Positions 9,063 through 18,091 of a DNA stretch of 32,000 bases are shown here, in pieces; position 1 is the stretch's first letter; each line of letters begins with the position of its first letter. The translations under genes were made by a program, and so were the position numbers. The DNA lies in the NCBI RefSeq assembly GCF_008189405.1, contig NZ_CP043316.1, positions 300,001 to 332,000 of the forward strand, written 5' to 3'. The stretch is from Candidatus Saccharimonadota bacterium. GTDB taxonomy: Bacteria; Pseudomonadota; Alphaproteobacteria; CAJXXZ01; 1604HC. Under the pieces are notes generated by a model. The model was not told the origin of the DNA. It was given only the letters and a program-made list of their open reading frames with translations, and did no database searches.

Positions 9063-9932
9063 TTATTTGTAAATATGTAATATATTTTCTTTGAAATCTG
9101 GGTCTACGCTTACTTCAACAAACAAACTACCCTTCCCCCATTTAGTCATTAGCTCAGCACGTGCAGCAGATCCAATTTCTTTAATCATGCTTCCTCTATT
9201 GCCTACAATAATTTTTTTATGATTTTTATTATATATAATTATTTCTACATACAATTCCCAAGCTTTTTCATTGTCAAAACTCCACTTACGAGGCACAACA
9301 GCTAAATGAAATGGAATTTCCTCATGAAGCAAGTAAAATGCTTTTTCTCGTACATACTCTGCACCAATCCACTCTTTAGTTAAGTTTGTTTTTTCATTTT
9401 CATCAAACAGCCAATTTCCATCTTTTGCTTCTTTAAACATATCTTCTAGCAAAACATCAACTCCATGCTGATTGTTTGTAGAGGTAAGATGAACTCCATC
9501 AGTATACCCTTTATCTTTAATCCACTGCGTGATTTTAAGTAAATCAGCATTTTTCACAGCATCTGATTTATGAATTGTTATAAATAATTTCTTTTCAGAT
9601 TTCAATGCCAATTCTAATAATATTTCAGTTCCAATTTTAAGTGGTTTTGCAGCATCAATTACTAATAAAATAGCTTCAACATCTTTTAATGCATTTTTTA
9701 AAGATGAAGATAAATGTTTACCCCATACCCCACTTGGTCTTGCGAATCCTGGAGTATCTACGAAAACAATTTGTGAATCATCTTTAGTGATCGATCCAAA
9801 AACTGCATTTCTAGTTGTATGAGGTTTAGAAGAAACAATACTAACTTTTGTATCTAACCAATAGTTTAATAAGCTAGATTTACCAACATTAGGAGATCCT
9901 ATAATAGCAATTTGTGCAACTTTTTTATTCAT
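9063..9932 (-). CDS. era: GTPase Era
   Basis: G1 is GSPNVGKSSLLN, G2 is PHTTR, G3 is DTPG, and the G4 position reads HKSD instead of NKxD. The C-terminal KH domain is present (REKAFYLLHEEIPFH ... IIVGNRGSMIKEIGSAAR). Confidence 0.9.
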   Translation of the reverse strand: MNKKVAQIAIIGSPNVGKSSLLNYWLDTKVSIVSSKPHTTRNAVFGSITKDDSQIVFVDTPGFARPSGVWGKHLSSSLKNALKDVEAILLVIDAAKPLKIGTEILLELALKSEKKLFITIHKSDAVKNADLLKITQWIKDKGYTDGVHLTSTNNQHGVDVLLEDMFKEAKDGNWLFDENEKTNLTKEWIGAEYVREKAFYLLHEEIPFHLAVVPRKWSFDNEKAWELYVEIIIYNKNHKKIIVGNRGSMIKEIGSAARAELMTKWGKGSLFVEVSVDPDFKENILHIYK

Positions 9933-10182
9933 TATATTACTGTACCATTTGAATCAATAAGTTTATATGGGAAAGGCAAAAGTAAAAATCTATATAAAAA
10001 TTATTTGTTATACAACAAACTGTTTTTACATAATGTGTTTCATATTTTATATTGATAGTTTTATGTATTAATGGTTTTAATATAATAATTTTTTACAATA
10101 AATAAATCACTCATTTTTATAATATAATTAAACTACCTAAAAATAACTTGTTATTAAATTAATTATTTAACACTTAAGATTT

Positions 10183-13100
10183 TCATACAGTCCATAAGCC
10201 AGGATCAACTACTTTTTCATCATATATATGATTTAATAATTGAGCGAAATACTCTAATGTTCCATGTTGATTTAACAATATATCAGTACCATTAGAAGTT
10301 TCAGGGCCATATCCACCTTCGCCAAAACTTCTTTTTTCATTAATAAATTGAAATGCAGCATTTAGTAATGCAGGATTCTGTATATATTGCACAAACTCAG
10401 ATAATGTTGAAACTATCTTATTGCTATTATGTAACAGCTTAGATATCATATGAATTTTGAAATTATCTGTTATATTCAAACCTAATCCCTCTCCATCAGA
10501 TAATGTAGTGAAAATATAAATACTAAAATAATTCATTAGAATTAGCGCTAACTTCTGCTTATATGCATTAAACATTTCATCAGAAATATTCACTCTATTC
10601 ATTTGATCAATTTGCTTTTTAGTATTACATAAAAATAATTCGAAATATTCAAAATATGCATTCATTATATAATCAATGTGACCTATCTTTTTATCCTCAC
10701 TAATTGATGTATTATTCCTAAAAGATCTTTCTAGGGCATCAATACTGTTAATAAGTGCAAATAAGAAATTCTCGTTATTATTTAGTAAATCATTTCCGTT
10801 CATTGCATATTTTAAAAAAGCATTCTGAGTAAGTGGATCATATTGATCATATTTTTTCATTACACTTCTAGAAAATCTAACAATGAATTGTAATAGATTA
10901 ATTTGCTGATCTAATTGTGATGAACTTATTTGTTGAGAAGGGTTTTCATTTTGGATAGAGCTTATATATTGTGTGAATAAAAATGATACTATATTGTTTA
11001 ACATTTCTGATTTAGTTTCATCAATAAGCATATAATCCAACCATCCTAATTTCATACTTAATGAGTTTAAGTCTGTTACAGAGCTAGATATTTCATTCAA
11101 ATCAAAAGTAGAAACAGCAAGATATTTTTTCAAACTATCATCATAACTAACAGCTCCATATTTAATAAATAAATCTACTACTTGTTTATTTAAATCTTGA
11201 GAATTATTAGCATTCACTAAACTATTAAACTTATTTACATATATTTCAACAACTTCTCTTATGTCATTGATTGAATTATTATAATAAAGGGTTATACAAA
11301 TGTTTTTCAGTAAATTATAATCTTTAATAGTTGTATATCCAGCAATATTTGGCTTGTTTTCTGGCAAATTCACATATCTAGCTATAATATTAGTATCTAT
11401 ATCTATATTTCGCGTAATTAATGCCCTTAAATATTGATTTTGATTACTTTCAATGTTTTCATACATTTCAAGTCCAACGACTAACTGTATAGCTAATTCT
11501 GTGATAAATGCTTTTTGAGAAATTGGTGGATTATTTTCTTGGTCATGTAACTTTAAAGCCCTATTAATTAATTCACATACTAATTGTGTTTTATGGTGTG
11601 TAGTTAAATTTTTAATAGAAATTTGATTATTTTGTGTATTAAATGCTTCTAAAATGCTTTCTGAATAGTTATCCCAAATATTTTCAATATATATAAATCC
11701 ATTGTTTACATTATTAATTAGATCGCTACTTATTATAACTGGTGCAATAATCCTAAATAACTGATCTGAGTATATTGGTTGTGATCCATATATTTCTCTT
11801 ATATAACTGAAATAATCATATGCTAACTTCTGATGATTTGCATTGCTCACATAGCTATTTATATGCATAATTGCATCTAATGCATCATTATTTATTTTAT
11901 CTATTTTACAATTTGACAACATTATAATATGCTTAATTATTTTCATTGCATATTCTGGTTCAATATAGTTGGTTCCTAATTTTTTTAAATGCTCTACAGT
12001 ATATGCTGTGAATGTAAAATTGATATTGTTCTTTTTGCTTTCACCTATCGCATAAGCACTTAACGCATCATTTCCATATATCATTCGATCGCGTATATCA
12101 ACAATTAACTCCCTTAACTTTAATGCACCAGTTGGCCTACTCATCTCACCTTTGATCCAACGAACTTCATTAGCTATGCTACCAGATTTATTTTTATTAA
12201 AAGCAGAATCAACATGCCTATCAATTTCTTCTGCTTCTTTTAATATTTTTCCTGCTTTATAGTTAATCGAATTTGCAACTCCCATTAATGCACCATCAGA
12301 TTGAAGGTCCATTTTTATTTGATTAATATTTGCATTAATATCACCATTAGGCTGTAATGCTTGAAGTATCAAGCTCATTTTGCTTCCAATATCACCATCA
12401 ATTTCTAGTATTTTCTTAATACAATCAACTTGATTTGCTAGTGTATCATCTTTTTCTTTATTTAATTGATCTTGTACATATTCTAATATTTCTCTAAAAG
12501 TTTTAATCTGATTTTGGCTTGAGTATGGATCTGGATTCATTTGTGTATCAATATTATTAACTTTTGAACTTATATCTTTAATTGCGATATCAAAAGGCCC
12601 TCCAGCTCTTACCGCTTGTGATATGAAAGTTACCTTCTCATTTATTTTATCTGTTTTTCCACTGACTGTATCTAACTTTGTATTTGTTTGAGCAATTTTA
12701 CCATTTACTACTTTTGCTACAGTATTCGTATCATCTACTTTTATAGATATTGTATTAACTTTTGTCTGTGTGGCATCTGCCTTATTATGCAACTCATTCA
12801 CTCTTTTCAAAGTTTCACTTACAAGCCCTTTAAGTAATTTTGGGTCATTAATATTAGATACCTCACGCAATATTTGATTTAGTATAGCTTGGAAATCAAT
12901 TGTATCACCTCCATTAGGTATGAAAAATGCAACTAAAGCTGCTTTAATATGATCTTGCATAATTTTATCATTATCATTTCCTTCTAAAATCTCTAGCATG
13001 TTTTTCAACATATTTTGACCTTCTATACCATCAGTAAAAAATCCCTTGATTTCTCCACAACACTTTTCTAATGCTGATAATATTTCATCATTCAAAGATT

Positions 13101-13929
13101 TGTTATTTTGAATTTTTGTGAGTATTTCTGCTAAATCACCAAAAATCTCTCCCATTTTATCTACAGATATTTCCCCTATTTTATCTGATAATTCTTTAAT
13201 ACTTAATTTAATAGCTTCATTTTGCTGATTAACATTAGTAACACCTTCTAGAATTTCACGTTTATTTTCTTCTTGGTTATAGTGATTTAAAATACTACTC
13301 ATTGAATTATTTATCGATTCATCTATTTTTGCTTCATGACAAATAAAATCCATAATATCTTTTCTACGATCTTCAGTGCTAAATGCATTTTTCAAACCAC
13401 TATCATCAAGCACTTTATACTGCATAGCTAATGATTTTATAATTTGAAAAAACTTTACTACATCTTGTAAATATGTAAATTCATCATTATTTAAATCACC
13501 ATGAATTGGTTTTTCTATAAGCTGCTGATTTGACACATTAATATTTAAAACATGATGGTTTTCTCCATCTTGTATTGTATTTAAATGTCTGATTGGATCA
13601 ATATCGAATTCATGGATAACTCCTTTAGAGTAATTATATGAAAACACCCTATCTATATCTTTTTCATTTCTAATACATCGTAGTCTATACGCAACAATTC
13701 CTTTTTGTTTTTGCAGATGAGATGATAAACCATCAAAGACAACTCCATTTAAATTTATTAATTTATGGCTATCTAGGCCTACCCACCCTTGCAAACATGG
13801 GGTAGAATTTTCTATTAAATTTGTACAAATTTGAATTTTTTCTAAATCTTCTGCAGAAACTGCACTATTAACCTTTAATATACATATAACCATGAAAGGA
13901 AGTATTTTATTATTACAATGCATTTTCAC
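10183..13929 (-). CDS. Giant exported protein of unknown function (1248 aa on the track). It is a paralog of 19525..22026.
   Basis: There is an N-terminal Sec-type signal (KILPFMVICILKVNSAVSA|ED). The track start at 13929 is GTG. ATG at 13923 sits 5 nt downstream of AAGGAG and is the more likely start. The protein shares C-x9-C-L-x2-W, FDG, VAYRL.C.RN, VFSY.Y.K, HHV and KFF.I.KS motifs with the 833-aa protein. I recognised no known family. Confidence 0.8.
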   Translation of the reverse strand: MKMHCNNKILPFMVICILKVNSAVSAEDLEKIQICTNLIENSTPCLQGWVGLDSHKLINLNGVVFDGLSSHLQKQKGIVAYRLRCIRNEKDIDRVFSYNYSKGVIHEFDIDPIRHLNTIQDGENHHVLNINVSNQQLIEKPIHGDLNNDEFTYLQDVVKFFQIIKSLAMQYKVLDDSGLKNAFSTEDRRKDIMDFICHEAKIDESINNSMSSILNHYNQEENKREILEGVTNVNQQNEAIKLSIKELSDKIGEISVDKMGEIFGDLAEILTKIQNNKSLNDEILSALEKCCGEIKGFFTDGIEGQNMLKNMLEILEGNDNDKIMQDHIKAALVAFFIPNGGDTIDFQAILNQILREVSNINDPKLLKGLVSETLKRVNELHNKADATQTKVNTISIKVDDTNTVAKVVNGKIAQTNTKLDTVSGKTDKINEKVTFISQAVRAGGPFDIAIKDISSKVNNIDTQMNPDPYSSQNQIKTFREILEYVQDQLNKEKDDTLANQVDCIKKILEIDGDIGSKMSLILQALQPNGDINANINQIKMDLQSDGALMGVANSINYKAGKILKEAEEIDRHVDSAFNKNKSGSIANEVRWIKGEMSRPTGALKLRELIVDIRDRMIYGNDALSAYAIGESKKNNINFTFTAYTVEHLKKLGTNYIEPEYAMKIIKHIIMLSNCKIDKINNDALDAIMHINSYVSNANHQKLAYDYFSYIREIYGSQPIYSDQLFRIIAPVIISSDLINNVNNGFIYIENIWDNYSESILEAFNTQNNQISIKNLTTHHKTQLVCELINRALKLHDQENNPPISQKAFITELAIQLVVGLEMYENIESNQNQYLRALITRNIDIDTNIIARYVNLPENKPNIAGYTTIKDYNLLKNICITLYYNNSINDIREVVEIYVNKFNSLVNANNSQDLNKQVVDLFIKYGAVSYDDSLKKYLAVSTFDLNEISSSVTDLNSLSMKLGWLDYMLIDETKSEMLNNIVSFLFTQYISSIQNENPSQQISSSQLDQQINLLQFIVRFSRSVMKKYDQYDPLTQNAFLKYAMNGNDLLNNNENFLFALINSIDALERSFRNNTSISEDKKIGHIDYIMNAYFEYFELFLCNTKKQIDQMNRVNISDEMFNAYKQKLALILMNYFSIYIFTTLSDGEGLGLNITDNFKIHMISKLLHNSNKIVSTLSEFVQYIQNPALLNAAFQFINEKRSFGEGGYGPETSNGTDILLNQHGTLEYFAQLLNHIYDEKVVDPGLWTV

Positions 13930-14129
13930 TCCTTATTTTTTACACAAAAATTAATATATAACTCACTGTATATAAATTCATATAAAAACTATTATAATTT
14001 TAAATAAAATTACTTAAATTTTGATTATAATTTACTTATAAATATACTAGAAAACAAACATAATAGTTTATTAATAGTTAATAGTTTTAGGAATAAAGAT
14101 TATATATTATATTTTCAAGTTACAAACAA

Positions 14130-15464
14130 TTGTCAAAACTGAAAAATGTATATATTATTGATCAAATGGATGGGTTACTATTTGATCAAGTCATTAAAAA
14201 TGCTAAAGAATTTGCTGATATAGAGCAAGCATTTGAATATTGTACGGATTTTTATAATAAGCAAACAAACTTACTGACTGAAAGTACGAACGAGGATCCT
14301 GATACTCAAATACAAGTGCATTACCCATATATCGGATTAATTATCAAAGATGGTGATCATTCACATTATTATGGGAATACAATCACACACCCAGTTATGC
14401 TAAAAGAAGCATACTTAAATCAAATTAAGAAAATCATCAAGCAAAATACAGAATTTAAAATCTTAATTGGAGAATCGTATTATCCTATGTCATTAGCTTT
14501 TGTATGTGAAGATTTATTTAATAGCTTAAAAATAGAAAAAACTATTAGCATGCCATGTATCGCTAGAATCAGAAAAGGGATGCAAGAAATAGAGCATGGT
14601 AAAGATATTAATAGAATTGGGTTTTTTCATGCTGAGCATATTGATTATTGCTTAAATAGGCTACACCACTACTGCGGCTCACATGCCAAACATTTTCAAA
14701 ATAATATTATAGTTACAAATTATAAGATGTATATAGATTTTTTTATAGAAGATGGTAAGAAATGGGTTGATGAAGGAATATATGATTGTATTATTGGGCC
14801 AGATATAGAGTATTCAAAATCACAGAATCACTTTGCTGATAACATATCTCTACCACAAATGCCTGCTTATCATTTAAAGAAAGCTAATGGAGATGGAATT
14901 ACTATTATTAATGTTGGTGTAGGCCCTAGTAATTCAAAAAATATTACAGATCATTTGGCTGTGTTGCCCTCAAAGTCATGGCTTATGCTTGGTCATTGTG
15001 CTGGATTAAAGAACACACAAAAGCTTGGTGATTATGTAATAGCTCAAAATTATGCAAGATATGATAATGTGCTGGATAAATATGTTTCAAATAAAATACC
15101 AATACCAAGCTCAACAGCAATAACTAAACAATTAGAAAAAAATGTTAAGAAATTTAAATTTAATGGAGAGCAAGTTTATCAAGGCACAGTAATAACAACT
15201 GCTGATAGGAATTGGGAATTAGATTGTGATATGGTTAATGAGTTTATAGACTCTAAAGCAATTGCAATTGATATGGAATCTGGAACTATCGCAACAAACG
15301 CTTTTAGGTTTTCTGTATCATGTGCTGCATTTTTATGTATTTCTGATATGCCATTACATGGTAAATTAAAACTTAGAGGAATGGCGAAGAATTTCTATCA
15401 AACAAAAGTAAGGCATCATTTTAATATAGGAATGAATGCAATTCGTGATTTATACAATGATTAA
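14130..15464 (+). CDS. amn: AMP nucleosidase
   Basis: The C-terminal PNP/UDP-type catalytic domain matches E. coli Amn closely: GVGPSNSKNITDHLAVL....WLMLGHCAGL, GDYV.A..Y.R.D.VLD, IPIPS, GTV.TT.DRNWEL, AIDMESGTIA, FLCISD.PLHG..KL. The track start is TTG at 14130, with an alternative ATG at 14166. Confidence 0.9.
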   Translation: MSKLKNVYIIDQMDGLLFDQVIKNAKEFADIEQAFEYCTDFYNKQTNLLTESTNEDPDTQIQVHYPYIGLIIKDGDHSHYYGNTITHPVMLKEAYLNQIKKIIKQNTEFKILIGESYYPMSLAFVCEDLFNSLKIEKTISMPCIARIRKGMQEIEHGKDINRIGFFHAEHIDYCLNRLHHYCGSHAKHFQNNIIVTNYKMYIDFFIEDGKKWVDEGIYDCIIGPDIEYSKSQNHFADNISLPQMPAYHLKKANGDGITIINVGVGPSNSKNITDHLAVLPSKSWLMLGHCAGLKNTQKLGDYVIAQNYARYDNVLDKYVSNKIPIPSSTAITKQLEKNVKKFKFNGEQVYQGTVITTADRNWELDCDMVNEFIDSKAIAIDMESGTIATNAFRFSVSCAAFLCISDMPLHGKLKLRGMAKNFYQTKVRHHFNIGMNAIRDLYND

Positions 15465-15609
15465 TCATGCATATAGAAATCATAATTAAAAACTTATAAA
15501 TTAATATAATATATTCAAAGAGTTTGACTAAATTACTAGATTTTTGTTTGAAGTCGCACTATAGTATTGTTAAAAAAAAACTAATAATTTACGATAGAGT
15601 GATATTTAT

Positions 15610-16299
15610 ATGAACGATAAGCATGATTATTACAGTCAAAATATTCATAATCCAAATAGAGTAGAAATCTATCCATCTATTTTTGCATTCCAAACTTTGA
15701 ATATTGGTAATGAGATCAAAAAATTTGACCAAATCACAAGTGGATTACATATAGACATTATTGATGGTAAATATGCAAATAATTTTGGATTTCCAATTTA
15801 TATGATAAAAATGATTCAACAGTATACAAGCAAACCTATTCACATACATGCTATGGCATTTATTGATACTTATATTGGAGAAATAATTGCATGTCGCCCT
15901 CAATTAGTTTTTTTTCACCTTGACTCAACTAAAAATCCTGATCAAATCATTGAAGCTTTACATAATCATAATATTCAAATTGGAATTGCAATTTCTAATT
16001 TTGGAGAAATAGAAAAATACAATAAGATATTACAACAAAATATAATAGATAGAAAAAGAATTAATAATTTACTATTCATGACAGTAATACCTGGCAAATG
16101 TGGTCAAAAATTTATAGATAATAAAACAGAAGAGATACAGCAACTTAGAACAGCATTTCCCCAAGCAAATATTATACTTGATGGAGGAATTAATCCTAAT
16201 ATACTTAAATTGAAGAATATTAATCAAAATATTAACGGAGCTGTGATCGGATCAGCTTTATATAAACACAACATTACAGAATTTTCAAACATATTGTAG
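15610..16299 (+). CDS. rpe: Ribulose-phosphate 3-epimerase
   Basis: IYPSIFAF, LHIDIIDGKYANNFGF (cf. hvDvMDG.FVPN.tfG), MTVIPGKCGQKFI (cf. MsVnPGfgGQ.Fi), LDGGIN and VIGSALY are all present. Confidence 0.85.
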   Translation: MNDKHDYYSQNIHNPNRVEIYPSIFAFQTLNIGNEIKKFDQITSGLHIDIIDGKYANNFGFPIYMIKMIQQYTSKPIHIHAMAFIDTYIGEIIACRPQLVFFHLDSTKNPDQIIEALHNHNIQIGIAISNFGEIEKYNKILQQNIIDRKRINNLLFMTVIPGKCGQKFIDNKTEEIQQLRTAFPQANIILDGGINPNILKLKNINQNINGAVIGSALYKHNITEFSNIL

Positions 16300-16507
16300 A
16301 ATTTTTAAACATCATATTAATCACACTTTATACGCTTATTTGCCTACTACTAATTTTCAGAGTTTACCTACCTAACTTTAGAAATATTTTTAATAAATAA
16401 CTTTAACAGTTTTGAAAATATGCTTTCAATTATAATTATTTTTATATTTTATTTATAGTATTCTATTCGTATTTTCTGTATATTTTTTTCTATATATATA
16501 ATATAAT

Positions 16508-18025
16508 TTGCCTATGTTACCACGTTCTTGGCCAATGCAAAATGCAAAAAAAGTAGTTGATAGAAATTCTAATGACATTATTTTAAAAACTGGATATGGC
16601 CCATCTGGATTGCCACATTTAGGTACAATTGCAGAAATCATCAGAACAAGAATGATACAAAAATCACTTGAATTTCAAGGTAAAGAAGCTAAAATTATAG
16701 TATTTGTAGATAATATGGATGGATTTAGAAAAGTTCCCTTAAACTTACCAAAACAAGATTATTTATCTCAATTTTTAGGACTACCACTATTTAAAGTACC
16801 AGATGTATTTGGATGTTGTGAAAATTTTGCTGATCATAATATTAATGAGTTAAACAAGCTGATTGCACAATTTGATTTAACAAATCATGTTGAAGTTATC
16901 AAATCAAGTGATATGTATTTATCTGGCAAATTCAATAATGCATTGCTAAATGTTTTGCGTAATCATGAAAAAATTCTCAAAATCATGTTACCTACTTTAG
17001 GAGAAGAAAGGCAAAAAACATATAGCCCATTTCTACCAATTTCTGAGAAAAGCGGTAAAGTTCTAGAAGTAAAAATTGAAGAATATAAAGTTGATGAAGG
17101 TAAAATTACATTTTATGATGAGGGAGAATTAGTAGAAGCTGAAGTTATAAATGGAAAGTGTAAGTTACAATGGAAAGTTGATTGGGGAATGCAATGGCAT
17201 GCACTTGGCGTTGACTATGAAATGTATGGAAAAGATTTAATAGATTCATTTTCTGTTTCCAAACCAATTTGCAAAACATTAGGGTCAAAAGCTCCAGTAA
17301 ATATGGTTTATGAATTATTCTTAGATGGAGATAATAAAAAGATTTCTAAATCAAAAGGAAATGGTGTGAGCTTAGATGATTGGATGAATTTCACTCCAAT
17401 TGCTAGTATGAAGCATTTTCTATTCTTACATCCTGAAAGAGCAAAAAAACTTGATATACGAGACTTACATCGTTATGTTGATGCATACCTAAAAGATTTA
17501 CAAAGATATCATAATCAAATCAAAGAAAATGATGAAACTAGATATGAAAATCCAATTTTCTATACACATGAAAATGATTTACCTCCTCCTACAGAATTAT
17601 CTTATGCAATTTTATTAAACTTACAAAAAGGTTTACGTAGTCCTAATTATGAAACATTTCGTAATTTTATTATTAAGCAACATGGGGAGCTTAATTCTAC
17701 TGAAGAAAAATTGGTTGAATGTATATATAAATTTGCAGAGCACCATAAAACTGAATCTCACCCTGCCCCATCATGGATGATCAAATATTTGCAGAAATTT
17801 ATTGATAATATGGATGGTTTCTCTACAGGATTAGAAATGCAAACTAATTTATATGCTTTAGGGAATGAAGCAGTAGAAAATAAAGATATTATAGATTTAA
17901 AATCATGGTTTCAAACAATATATTTAGTTCTTTTTGGTGAAGAAACTGGACCAAGATTAGGTCCATTTTTTGAATTATATGGCAAAGAAGAGAGTATGAA
18001 ATTAATCAGTGCTAAGATTAAGTAA
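16508..18025 (+). CDS. lysK: Lysyl-tRNA synthetase, class I
   Basis: The class I LysRS layout is visible: SWP..NAKKV, TGYGPSGLPHLGTIAEIIRT (HIGH-equivalent) and KISKSKGNG (KMSKS). The track start is TTG at 16508, with ATG at 16514 likelier. Confidence 0.9.
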   Translation: MPMLPRSWPMQNAKKVVDRNSNDIILKTGYGPSGLPHLGTIAEIIRTRMIQKSLEFQGKEAKIIVFVDNMDGFRKVPLNLPKQDYLSQFLGLPLFKVPDVFGCCENFADHNINELNKLIAQFDLTNHVEVIKSSDMYLSGKFNNALLNVLRNHEKILKIMLPTLGEERQKTYSPFLPISEKSGKVLEVKIEEYKVDEGKITFYDEGELVEAEVINGKCKLQWKVDWGMQWHALGVDYEMYGKDLIDSFSVSKPICKTLGSKAPVNMVYELFLDGDNKKISKSKGNGVSLDDWMNFTPIASMKHFLFLHPERAKKLDIRDLHRYVDAYLKDLQRYHNQIKENDETRYENPIFYTHENDLPPPTELSYAILLNLQKGLRSPNYETFRNFIIKQHGELNSTEEKLVECIYKFAEHHKTESHPAPSWMIKYLQKFIDNMDGFSTGLEMQTNLYALGNEAVENKDIIDLKSWFQTIYLVLFGEETGPRLGPFFELYGKEESMKLISAKIK

Positions 18026-18091
18026 TTATATGCTCAAACTAAATGAATATGATAATTTATTAGATAAGCATAACAACGAACAAGTAGAATA

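Noticed and set aside
10183-10500. Autotransporter, OMP beta-barrel or T1SS (RTX) C-terminus on the giant exported proteins
   Set aside because: The C-termini end ...DEKVVDPGLWTV and ...GNGGGDPEEIPM. Neither has a terminal aromatic residue, alternating hydrophobic beta-strand pattern, or GGxGxD nonapeptide repeats, and the sequence looks helical instead.
15465-15609. Sigma70-like -35/-10 boxes (e.g. TTGACT ... ) upstream of rpe, and similar hexamers in other spacers
   Set aside because: In DNA this AT-rich, TATAAT-like and TTGA-like hexamers occur everywhere, and the spacings I found were not convincing. Calling promoters without transcript data would be guesswork.
16453-16641. 62-aa minus-strand ORF overlapping the 5' end of lysK
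   Set aside because: It overlaps the conserved N-terminus of class I LysRS on the opposite strand. It has no motif and no SD, so it is most likely a shadow ORF.
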